Assembly (NCBI GenBank): GCA_009602725.1
Contig: WELB01000020.1
Span: 348,315-368,314, forward strand
Origin: Spirogloea muscicola
Taxonomy: Eukaryota
Length of the DNA: 20,000 bases
Direction: 5' to 3'
Position numbers and translations under genes: made by a program
The notes under the pieces: model-generated
Database searches by the model: none
What the model saw: the letters and a program-made list of their open reading frames with translations, nothing else
Told to the model about the DNA's origin: nothing
Part shown: positions 1-10,012 of the stretch, piece after piece
Position numbering within the stretch: position 1 is the stretch's first letter
How the letters are laid out: every line of letters starts with the position of its first letter

Positions 1-170
1 GCAGGGAGGACGTGACAAGTGATAAGCCCAAAGGGAAGGGACTGACGAGGGAGAGGGGGCATGACAATGCATAATACGCTTAACCAGACCAATTTGGGGG
101 CGGTGGATTTTTACATAGAGCAGCAAAGGGAAGGCGAAGGGGCGGTGCTGCAGTGATGCGGAGCTGGTAC

Positions 171-624
171 CTGAGCCAGAGCGTGCGGGCGTTCTCCACG
201 TTGCGCTGGTCGAGGTCCCCATCTCGCCACCTGCGCACACCGAGTGCGGCTCAGGTCAGAGCTCACAGGATGAAACTCTAGATAGTCAAGGTATTTGTAT
301 ACTCACACCGACCGCTTCCGTTTGCTTCCGCTTGCTTTGTCATACGCTTGCATTCTTAGCTGATAAGGCCAAATCCCTAAACAGTTAGTCCTTAACCCTA
401 AACCCCAAACCCTTACCTTAAACCCTTGACCCCTAATCTATCTACGTCTAGACGTCGAGGTCGCGGGCAGTCAGAAGGGTCCGCACCACCGCCTGCATCA
501 GCGGCAGAGCGAGCTCAGCGACGGAGCGAGCGGGGCGGCCGGCGGCGGCACGCACTCCTTGGCGGCGTCGCGGCGCGCGCGCTCGGCCTTGCGCGCGGCG
601 CGCTCCTCGCCACGCCAGCCGGCG
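171..624 (-). CDS. Partial Orai-like paralog: exons 624-556 (5' end lost in the N gap) and 230-171; the gene continues beyond position 1
   Basis: Splicing GA|gtgcgt...cgcag|G gives AGWRGEERAARKAERARRDAAKE-WRDGDLDQRNVENARTLWLR. Exon 230-171 is 60 nt with phase 2/2, the same size and phase as Orai exon 1943-2002 (WRAEDVEQRHVENARYVWSR). The window edge reads ...tcctccctgc on the minus strand, consistent with the next acceptor lying just outside. No transmembrane region is visible in this window. Confidence 0.75.
371..437. repeat. Degenerate telomere-like (CCCTAAA-type) tract in the intron of the Orai paralog
   Basis: aaatccctaaac...ccttaaccctaaaccccaaacccttaccttaaacccttgacccctaa. Confidence 0.7.
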
Positions 625-986
<362 letters not shown>

Positions 987-1091
987 ACCGATCTGGCGGC
1001 CGCTGCGGCGCCTAACCTACCGGCCGCGGAGCGCGGCGTCGAGAGCGCCGGCAGCCTCAGCGGCGGCGCTGCCGACGGCGGCGCGGCGGCC

Positions 1092-4082
1092 ATGGGCTCG
1101 TCGGCCATGGACGCCGCCCAGGCGCTGCTGACTGCCTTCGACACCAGCATGTCCACGCACTGGCGAGGTGCCGCCCCTAAGCCCTAAACCCCTAATCTTC
1201 AAACCCTAAACCCTAAGCCCCGCCGTTGCCGGGCTTCTCTCTCCCTTCTCCCTCCCTCTCTCTTCTTCCTCCAGTTGCTGCAGCTGCTGCATGGAAAGCC
1301 CCTGCTGGAGCAGCGGCAGCACCGAAGATGCAGCAGTGGGGCTGCTGGGTTCTGCCTCCAGAAGGATTTATGCAGCAGTTGAGTTGAAGTAAGGGAAGTT
1401 GAGTTGAGTTGAGCTGAGTTTGAGCAGCTCCAGAATGTAAAGCCAGGGAGAGCTGCAGTGACAGAAAGGCAAGTCCGTGCTCAATGCGTCAAGAGCAAGA
1501 GTGTCAAGGGGAGCAGAGTCAGAGGAAGACGGATGACTCCGCGACGAGAAAATGAAGGAGGAACAGAGAAAGCTGAAGTGACGAAGAGATAGTCGTGCAT
1601 CAAGTCCTGTATCTTGATGATCTTGAACCAGGGTACATCGACTCTTAACCTCCAAGAAGCCATGAACGAGTCCAAGCCAGAGTGCTGATGTGCGGGAGCC
1701 GATGCATGGGCAACAGAGGAGGACCGGCGGTGGAGGGCGGAGGACCGCGAGTGGCGGGTGGAGGATGTGGAGTACCGGGAGCAGGAGCGGGAATGGTTCC
1801 TCCAGGAGGCGGCCATGCGCGAGTCCGAGCGCCAGTGAGCACCTGCGGACAACCCCTACCTCTTGCCTTCCTCCGGCCCCCTTCCCACCTTCACGTCGAC
1901 GGCCTCCAGTGCCCACATCTTATGCGGTGCCCGCCGCCACAGGTGGCGTGCCGAAGATGTCGAGCAGCGGCACGTTGAGAACGCCCGCTACGTCTGGAGC
2001 AGGTGGGTGCCCACCTCCCATCTCATTTCTCGCTGGCTCGAGGTGACCTTTTGGGCGCTGGTCAATGGGCCCCCCCCCAAGGCCGAACTTGCACCTCCAC
2101 CGCCGCTGCTGCTGCAGGTTCGTGGAGAAGAACCGGCGCGATGTGGAGGAGAAGTCCGAGCAGCTCAAGGCCATCTCCAACGTCTCAGCTCTCTTTGCAG
2201 GGTTTGCAGTCGTCACGCTCACGCAGTTCAACTTCCAGTACAGCGACACTCACCTGGTTGGCCTCTTGGCCTCGTCGTTCACAAATCTCCTCTTGATGCG
2301 TTGAGCTTCAAACTTGATTGCCATCATGAATTACAATTCCAGACGGTGTCTAGCTTACGAGACACTGTGTGGACAAGGATGTTGGTTCTTAGTGTATATG
2401 GATGTTGGTTCTTAGCTTCACATCAGCACAGTAAAGTGGACAGGAAGGGAATGAGTAGAAGTTAGGCAAAAGAAAGGGACGAAGATGGAGCTGCAGCCAT
2501 AAGCTGTGGCCCGCTGAGCAGGGCTGAATGTGCTTGGGCTGCTCGCAAGCCCCTGACTCCTGCTCTATCGTGCTGCCGCCTTGTCACAGTACCTGGTTGC
2601 CATCTACGGCATCTTGACAGCTACCACGGTGAGCCTACGACCACAGAATGCCTTGGTCTAGCCCATCCACAAGCCCTGCATTCGAGACAATGATAAACCA
2701 GTCAATCCCAGACAATCAGCGCCTAAGCCTGAGTCCGTCAAGCAAGTGCTTGGCCCTCCAGGTTGGGCTCATGACGCTCTCCATGGTAACATGCACGCTC
2801 ATCCTGGGGTCAATCCTGAAGAACGGCAAGAACTATGTGAATGAGGATGCTGAGGAGGACTTCATGTTCCGCTGCAAGGACTTTGTGGCGGGCTATGCTG
2901 TTGGTCAGAAGCCCCCTGCGCCACGCCGCACATTTGAGGCCTTTTGGGACTACAGGTGCGTTGCGCTGGTCACATAGTACGATCTGCGGTTCAGGGGTAT
3001 TAGCTTCTGGGGCTTATAAACACTACAATGGCACACCGCTGTTCGGCGGCAACTACTAGAAGCTTCTGATGGAGATGGGGTGCTTGCAAATCTGGCTCTG
3101 GGATGCATGTGGACGCAGTCGTGGTTGTTTGTTTAAGGTGATGCCCGTGGCCCCAGGTGCGAGGAGGACTGGCGCCGGGCGTTCAGCTTCTTTACCTGGG
3201 GTGATTGCCCTCAGGCCCTTGGACTCAGGGTCTTTGTCCACTTGATAATGATTAAGCAAGTGTTTTTAAGATGCTGAGAACCTTGCAGATGTGCTATCTC
3301 ATGTTTTCCAGAGTCGGATGAGAGATTAGAAATTCTTATCCAAAAAAGACAGGATTTGAGGGGTTCTGCTCTGTCACCCGGAATACATTGGGCTTGCCTA
3401 TCGTCCTAGGGCTGTTCGGTCAAGGTTGCCCTGGTGACAAAGCTGCCGCCGCTGAACCGGCAGAGGCAGCTTCATTCATGTTTCCCGCATTTGGCAGCAG
3501 CAGCAACAGCTGCGCTCTGTCACTGATAGTGCCGCACAGTCCTTGCAGGCACATTCTCCTTCTTGGCCAGCCTCATTCCGATCGGGTGAGGGCCCAAGAG
3601 CCACTGCATCGCCACAGGCCATTGCTGCCTCGACAGCAGTTGGCCTCGTCTCGGCAGCAATACAGAGTTGCTGCTTTGTTCATGTAGTCAGCCGGCCTTG
3701 CAGTATTTGCATGAGCTTACAGGTGCCTGCATGCCACCCAGGTGGATCAAGTTCTTCTACTCCACACTCACGGCGGCGTGCTTCATGGGCATTGTCTGTG
3801 TAGCGGTCCTCGTCTGGTGAGACGCCCTCTTGCCAACACCTTTTGCCAAGATATACTCAATCTCAAATCAAGAGATTTCAGTCCGAGCTCAAGTCTGCAT
3901 CCGCGCTGTGCAGGGGGTGGCAGCAGTGGTCGTGGGGGTCATACCTGACAGCGTCGCCGGTGATGCTGGTGGATGCGGAGATGCGGTTACAGCGCCAGAT
4001 GTCACTTGTGCACCCGCAGGGTCTGCCATTTGACTGGCACATGAATCCGTCCTCCACGCGCCTTGACAACCTCGACAGTTGA
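1092..4082 (+). CDS. ORAI: Orai/CRAC calcium-channel-like protein, about 316 aa; exons 1092-1167, 1717-1834, 1943-2002, 2118-2256, 2590-2628, 2762-2955, 3157-3200, 3549-3585, 3742-3816, 3914-4082
   Basis: All introns are GT-AG and frame-consistent (951 nt total). TM1 QLKAISNVSALFAGFAVVTLTQF aligns with Orai1 [23 protein letters not shown]. TM2 is YLVAIYGILTATTVGLMTLSMVTCTLIL. TM3 WGTFSFLASLIPIGWIKF aligns with IGTLLFLAEVVLLCWVKF. TM4 is TAACFMGIVCVAVLVWGW. The start is uncertain: ATG at 1092 or 1107, and the frame is open back to the gap at 986. Confidence 0.88.
1175..1220. repeat. Telomere-like/telobox tract at the start of Orai intron 1
   Basis: ccctaagccctaaacccctaatcttcaaaccctaaaccctaagccc; contains AAACCCTAA. 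Confidence 0.8.
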
Positions 4083-4408
4083 CCACATAGCTCCAATGCC
4101 CCCACAGATAACCAGCTTGCACTGCGCCTCGCATATGCGGGATGCACTTGCAGGCGCGTTCAGCAACGTCTTAGCTCAACCTTGTTACATGTGAAAGACT
4201 TGTGGACTGCACACTTGCATCGAGCCAGGCCAGCTGCTGCTGTGCCAGGGCGACTGCCACAGTTGATGAGGGATGAATGTCGTTGGTGCGCTGTTCAGAC
4301 AGAGGGCAAGTCACGGCATACTCAAAGCAAGGACCTCTGCTAAGAGCGCCGGGCAATGGAAGCGAGTAATGAAACAATGTGTATGCGCTTCTGGTGGGCA
4401 GCTGCCTA

Positions 4409-5413
4409 TCAGCGGAGTGACATCGGCGGATGACGGGAGCGGAGGACGCCTCGCATGCAGTTCAGCCAGTGATGCACCTCCACATTGTCTTCGGCCTCCT
4501 CTTCTGCATAGTGGCAGCTCGTGCATTGTCAGTGCAGAGAACGCAGAGCTTTTCGCAACAGCGGCGCTGAGTGGGCCAGCACTCACGAAGGGAGGAGGCC
4601 GTGAGCTGGAGCTGGCCACGGTAGCACGTCACGCGGCCCTGCGCCCGCACGATGCGCCCGACGGCCACCTGGAAGCGGTGGGGACGGCAAAGACGTTGGG
4701 AATAGCGACGATGCCGGAGATGCCAACGGCCAGGTCACCGCTGCCATGCTCCTTGCAGAATAACCCTTCTTCACAGCAAGCGGCCGTGAATGTACCTGCG
4801 CCGCGAGCTCGGCGGTGACTGTGCCGAGTGGGGTAGGTTCCACCGAGGGGTGTAGCCACAGGACCACCGGCGCGCAGCCGCTGCCATCGTCCACTGCACC
4901 ACCCGCAGCGGCATGCCCTCAGCCGTCTGCAGTCGCCCTGGCGCGCTTAAGGGGTTTAGGGTTTAGGGGTTGGTTTTGGGCTTTAGGGTTTAGTACTTAG
5001 GATGAGAGGCTAAGTCGCAGCGCGAGGTGCAGACCGGCGAACCGCACGTAGCCAGCGCGGCGGTCGCAGAACACGACGACGCCCAGGACCTCCGCGCGGC
5101 GCACCGCTTGGCTGCCCCACAAGTACCAGCCTGCCACCATCACCGCCATCCGTCATGGCCTGCGCCATCAGGCCGGACTTAGGACTGCTGCAAGACCAGA
5201 ACCGGAGGCAGCACCGAAGCAGCGGGGAAGGGGGGGGGGGGACAGCGCCTGACCTGGCGCGCTCGAGATGGGTGTCAGCGCAGCGAGGTGCGCTGCCAGC
5301 AGGCCGACGCAGCCCAGGTTAGGCGACGGCGCCACTGCGACGGCGACCGCGGCGGTGGCGGCAGCGGCGCCATTGCTTGGGGCTGCCTGGCCCAAGACCA
5401 GCGCGGCGGTCAT
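4409..5413 (-). CDS. STN1: CST complex subunit STN1 (single OB-fold, plant-type short form, about 176 aa); exons 5413-5254, 5130-5035, 4893-4796, 4668-4587, 4503-4409
   Basis: The spliced product contains CVGLLAAHLAALT...AVRRAEVLGVVVFCDRRAGYVRFAVDDGSGCAPVVLWL...VAVGRIVRAQGRVTCYRGQLQLTASSLQEEAEDNVEVHHWLNC. This follows Arabidopsis STN1 motifs as recalled (SRVEIVGTIVS, FGVDDGTGCVTCVMWL, GAVARVRGRVGSYRGVMQITA, DPNAEILHWLEC). All introns are GT-AG; the total is 531 nt and in frame. The start codon is less certain. Confidence 0.88.
4948..5001. repeat. Telomere-like (TTTAGGG) tract in STN1 intron 2
   Basis: ggggtttagggtttaggggttggttttgggctttagggtttagtacttagg. Confidence 0.8.
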
Positions 5414-5635
5414 GGTGTCGAGGACTGCCGCCAAGGACTGCCGCCAAGGATTGCCGCCGGCCGGCGGGGCCCTCCGGTCCCGGCGGCGGCGGCGGAGCCG
5501 GTGCCGCTGCCGCGCCAGCGCTACTCGGCGGGCACCGCCCGGAGGGCGTCGAGGTCGTCGCCGCTCAGCTTGTACTGCGCAGGCCAAGCATGCGCCGCCG
5601 GCAGGCGATGAGGCGCCGGCTAGCGGCACAACCGT

Positions 5636-5666
<31 letters not shown>

Positions 5667-6507
5667 ACTGCCGCTGTTGGGCTGCTTGTCAAGCTACGAC
5701 GTCGGGCTACTGTCACCGTCAACGGCAGCCTGCAAGTGCCGCACCAGAGTCAGGCACTGGGCAGGCACTGCGCCGCAGGTCCGTTAACTGGGTGAGCAGC
5801 AGTGTCGAACATGGCAGCAATACTGCTCGCATTGCTCGCCCGAATGAAACAACCAGAAAGAAGCCTCCTTCGTATAGCTTGTCAGATATGCATGTGCTCA
5901 CTCGGGGATATTAGCGTCCCCCTTAGCCAGCTCATTACCCAGTTAACAGGACATTTGTAAGGCTAGAATTGGCCTCCCTTTCAATCTCATGCGCACCGCG
6001 CGCCTTCTCTCTCTTCGTGGACAGGACTGTCACCGGAATGAGTGGGTGGTGATGACGTAGCGAAGATGCTTGGCATACCAGAGTGGCCACTATGGATGAC
6101 CACATCGTATCCCAAGTCAAGAGCTGCAAGTAGAATCAGCAGGAAACTTCGACCAGAGCACTGCCTTATGGCCCCATGTCGTTCAGTCAAGAGTCCACAT
6201 TTGCGACATACATCCTGCTGAAAGAACCCTCAAGACCCATGAATCGTGGGCATGACAAGTAGAGCTTCTCCTACAGTAAAGGCCAGTCCTCTGTCTGGAC
6301 ATTAATGTCATTGCACTTTCTATCTACCGAGCTGCATGGTCAGGGGCGATTGCCATATTGCGCCGCATGGGCCTGTGCAGAAGCAGGGTGTCAGATTCTG
6401 TCNGAGCCGCGCGGGGAGGCTCGGTTGGGGCTCCTGATCAGCGACTGCCGGCCGCCGCTGCCATCGCCGCTGAGCCGCCGCCCCCGCCGTCGCCGCCGCC
6501 GCCGCAG

Positions 6508-8472
6508 GTCGCGGCAGGGGCGCTGGGCGCCGGAGCCGGCGTCGCGAGCGCCGCCAACCTGGGGGAGCGCATCCAGCGCGACAAGCTCCGAAGTCCGGCC
6601 CCGATGGCATCAAAGCCATCCACCATAGACGGCGCACCTGTCACGACAGCCGCCAGCTTCTGAGACGGAAATAGCGGTCGCTGCGTTTGCCGCGTGCCAG
6701 GTGTCATTAAGGCGGCTCTACGGGCTGCCGTCACGGTGAGAGCTCGCCTGGTCGCGATGCTCGCGGCAGCTGCTTTGCCGTATAGTCCGCGGCCCCACTG
6801 CCTGCGTTCTGCCACTAGGTGACGTCAAGCAATGGCTGTAAAAGCTTACCGCTTCGTTGCAATTGATGCTAATGCATATCCATCACACCACGAACGGTCA
6901 TTACTAAAGCTCCTGATGAGCCAAAGATGGGTCACGGGCTTGGATCCACTATAAGCTCGTGTCAATGGGCTCGTCGCCGGCCACCTCCTGCAGGACAACG
7001 AGGCGCTGATCCCGGACATCCTGCGGCTCGCCCTCAACGACATCGCCACTTACGACAAGGTCAGCTCCCCGTCACGTCAATCAAGTAGTGTGGCAGTGCG
7101 CAGCTTGGATTGTGGCTGCCAGCCAAAGCGCCGCCGGTGCCATACACGTGGACCACCATGGGCGCTCCGCTTACAGGACCCTGCCGCCATGATGCAGGCC
7201 ACGGCCACCGGTGGCCCCAATGGATCTATTCGTCTCAGGTCCGTGAGGACCTGCATGGTGACCACACAATTGCGCAGAAGCGTGTTACTTGTGGCACAGG
7301 CAGCCAATTGCGAACCAGTCTGATGATCGTTGCACCTGGTCTGAGGGCGCCAACGTGGGCGCAGCGAGGAGCTGGGCCGGCCGGAGAACGCTGGCCTGGA
7401 CAAGGCCCTTGGCGTGCTCGGCAGCGTGAAGGCAAAGCTTGACGACAGCCAAGCCGCCCTCGGTGGACCCATCGGTTGGGCAGACCTTATACAGTATGCT
7501 GGTAGGCAACCTGCTTTTGGCTGGTGCACTCTGACGCCCAACCTTGTCTGTGGCGGCTATCTGAGGAGATGTACGTGGTTCTTGCTGAAGCAAGTCAGGT
7601 GATCACGATTGTGACTTACTGAGTTTGATCTGCTCGATCTGCAGCCGAGGTGGCGGTGCAGGGCCTCTTTCTCAATGCTGCGACACGCAAGGTTGGCGGT
7701 GATCCAGAAAAGGGCAGGCAACTCTACAATGCCTTTGGGTCGTCCGGCCAGGTCAGCAGCGCTGCTGCCACCAAGCAGCGCCGCCGCTGTCGAGCAGCGC
7801 TGCGTGCTCACCGCTGGCACCCCTTTTGAAGGAGCTCGGACACTGTCGTTGGGGCACTCCCTTTGCAGTGGGGCGCATTTGAGAAGCTTCTCGGGCGAAA
7901 GGACGCCGCAGCTGCGGATCCTGCTGGCCGCGTCATTGACTGGGAGCCGGCTTCGGTAGCAGACCTCAAGGCCAAGTTCGCCTCGCTCGGCCTCACTGGT
8001 CGCCAGGTGCAACCCTCTCCTCTTCCCCTCCCTTTTCTACCCTCTGGTCGAGCGATGAGGGCGCTCCTGCATTTGGCCGTCAGTGAGCCTTCCGGCAGCG
8101 CCGGCGGCCATGGCTTTGCAGCTGGTGGTCTTCTCGGTCTTCTTGGGGCCGGATCTGGAGAAGACAGAGGCAAAGCTCGCCACCGATCCCGAGCTCGCGG
8201 GCTACGTGACCAAGTACCAGCGCAGCCGCAAGACCATCTCAGAGACTGATTATGAGGTATAGGCAGACCGGCTCCGGCTGCTCCCAGCCTTGTGTCCGTT
8301 GCCAGGCACCTGCAAATGATTGTGTTGGCCGTTGTCAGCTCCACTAATGAGGGGCTGTGGTCTGCAGGTCGATCTAATCAATGCCCTCACCAAGATTTGC
8401 GCGCTCAATCAGAAAATCAACTTCGAGGCATACACGTATGCAACGCCTACGCTTGTATTCAACAAGCTCTAG
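6508..8472 (+). CDS. TL29 (APX4): Thylakoid lumenal 29 kDa protein (ascorbate-peroxidase-like); exons 6508-6592, 6701-6735, 6994-7059, 7198-7238, 7365-7501, 7645-7751, 7869-8006, 8122-8256, 8368-8472; transit-peptide exon(s) unresolved
   Basis: Frame-consistent GT-AG splicing gives ...ASA|ANLGERIQR...[43 protein letters not shown]...GGPIGWADLIQYA...EKGRQLYNAFGSSGQWGAF...ADPAGRV...FLGPD...LATDP...KYQRSRKTISETDYEVDLINALTKI...INFEAYTY. This is collinear with Arabidopsis TL29/APX4 as recalled. An AxA lumenal cleavage motif is present. Confidence 0.93.
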
Positions 8473-9579
8473 TCGGGCTCTTCTGAACAACAATGTGGCG
8501 CAGCGCCACAAGAGATGACACTGCGCTACCGCGCTAAGGCGTTTGCAAAGCGCCACATTTTTGCCGCCAGATTGCGGACTGTGATGTCATGAAGTTGCAT
8601 CATTTGCACCGGAATCAGGATGTGCCTTTGTGGGCGACGATGCTGGGCTGCACTTGCCTGTACCAGCTGCTCCTTGCACATGGTAGGCCGCAAAGCACAG
8701 GAAGCATTGCCGCATCGTTCGTGGCGTTGATAGCTATGGAGTCTGCGCATAACAGGGTGCTGTCCTGTAGAGGAGACTGCGGTACTGGAGCACTGATGGT
8801 GGATGCTCGAGCTGCCGGGCAGTAGTCGGTTTGGGCTAGAAACCCGCTTACGGTGTTTGCTGAGCCAAAGTTCGGCCGAAGGGCAAGCAGGACATACAGG
8901 ATACTGAGTGTTGGAGAGCATGAACCAGATAGATGGACACTGATAGCCATAAGGCTTGAACGTCCGTGCTGTAGCATTGACTGCCACGAGGATTAGTGGA
9001 CAAGGAGGAAGCAAGAATGGAGTCAAAGGCGGAGTAAATCCTGCACAACAATTTGATGCAGGGAGAGTATTCAGGATGAAGGGCGAGGCTTGTTTCAAGC
9101 CCTCCATGATGCACTATTTTGTGATGGCGGAGCGTTGCCTTTGGAAACAGATGAAGAAGGGACGACCTCTGTAGGAGTTCTAAGCGGCTGCATGGACCAG
9201 TAGGACACCCCCAACTTGGGTACAAGCCCAATGTGCAAGGAGTGCAGCGCATGCTGGCTTACAAATGTCGAAGTGGGAAAGGTGGGCAAGGTCGGCCAAC
9301 CGGACAATCCAACAATGTCATTGCACGTTCTATCTCTTCGTGGACAATGCTGGCACTTGCTTTGATGTCTGCAGTCAACAGATTGGCTGGCAGTGGCAGA
9401 GATTCATCTATACAGCAGATGGACTTACATACCTCTCAGCGACAACAGAAGGCAGAAGTGGACGTGTGCCGTAGATAGACCACCTTGAGAAGAGTGGAGT
9501 TTAGGGGACGTTGACGAAAGATCCAGAGAGCTCCCGAGGTTTCCCTAGTCCCTAGTCCTGGTTTGGACCTTGTACATAT

Positions 9580-9696
9580 CTTTGGGCTGGCCTCTCACAG
9601 CCATTGCCTTACTTAGGAAGAGTTGTTTCCTTTGGGCTGGCCTCTCACAGCTATCGCACTACTTGACACGATGATTTCGGGCTGGCCATCGCAGCC
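9580..9696 (+). repeat. Three tandem copies of a palindromic motif TTTGGGCTG-N7/8-CAGCC (spacing about 50 and 44 nt)
   Basis: ctttgggctggcctctcacagc is identical at 9580-9601 and 9630-9651. A variant tttcgggctggccatcgcagcc lies at 9675-9696. Confidence 0.75.
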
Positions 9697-9796
9697 ATCC
9701 CTCCCCGATATGAGAGAGCTTCCCTCTCTAAGGTTTCGCGTCAAAATTGCGTTAGCGGAAGGTTCCAAATTGCACGCCCCCCCGTTTTCTCCCCCC

Positions 9797-9811
9797 CAAA
9801 ACCCTAATCCC
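9797..9811 (+). promoter_or_regulatory. Telobox (AAACCCTAA) about 200 bp upstream of the CCCH gene start
   Basis: aaaaaccctaatccc, located downstream of TGGGCY (site II-like) motifs. Function is inferred from the known plant telobox/site II pairing. Confidence 0.4.
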
Positions 9812-9828
9812 TCGACCCCACACTGCCC

Positions 9829-9836
9829 CGCCGCCT

Positions 9837-9882
<46 letters not shown>
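9829..9882. repeat. (GCC)n microsatellite in the presumed 5' UTR/promoter of the CCCH gene
   Basis: Run of gcc units, with one interruption. Confidence 0.9.
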
Positions 9883-10012
9883 GGTTTCGGAGCTGGAGCA
9901 CTCAGCGCGGCAGGAGAAGCGGCGGCGGCCGCGCTGCGGACGCCGGCTTAGAGCTTGAGGTGCTCCGGGCGGCCAGCCTCGTTGGGCGACGCCGGAAACG
10001 GCGGCGGCGGCC

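Noticed and set aside
1609..1695. Possible intronic C/D box snoRNA (TGATGA 1615-1620 ... CTGA 1685-1688) in Orai intron 1
   Set aside because: There is no convincing terminal stem or recognisable rRNA guide. The CTGA sits about 30 nt before the acceptor and is explained as a branch point.
4273..4818. 181-aa plus-strand ORF
   Set aside because: It is an antisense shadow of STN1 exons 3-5 and has no recognisable motif.
5168..5795. Long overlapping Ala/Arg/Pro-rich ORFs on both strands
   Set aside because: These are expected in very high-GC, GCC-repeat sequence. Only the STN1 first exon has homology support.
8560..9490. Possible additional gene or pseudogene exons between TL29 and the CCCH gene
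   Set aside because: Several AG/GT-bounded segments exist, but I could not join them into a stop-free, recognisable protein.
9580..9696. CRISPR-like repeat-spacer array
   Set aside because: There are only two identical repeats plus one degenerate copy, the spacers partly resemble each other, no cas genes are present and the context is eukaryotic. It is kept as a dispersed palindromic motif instead.
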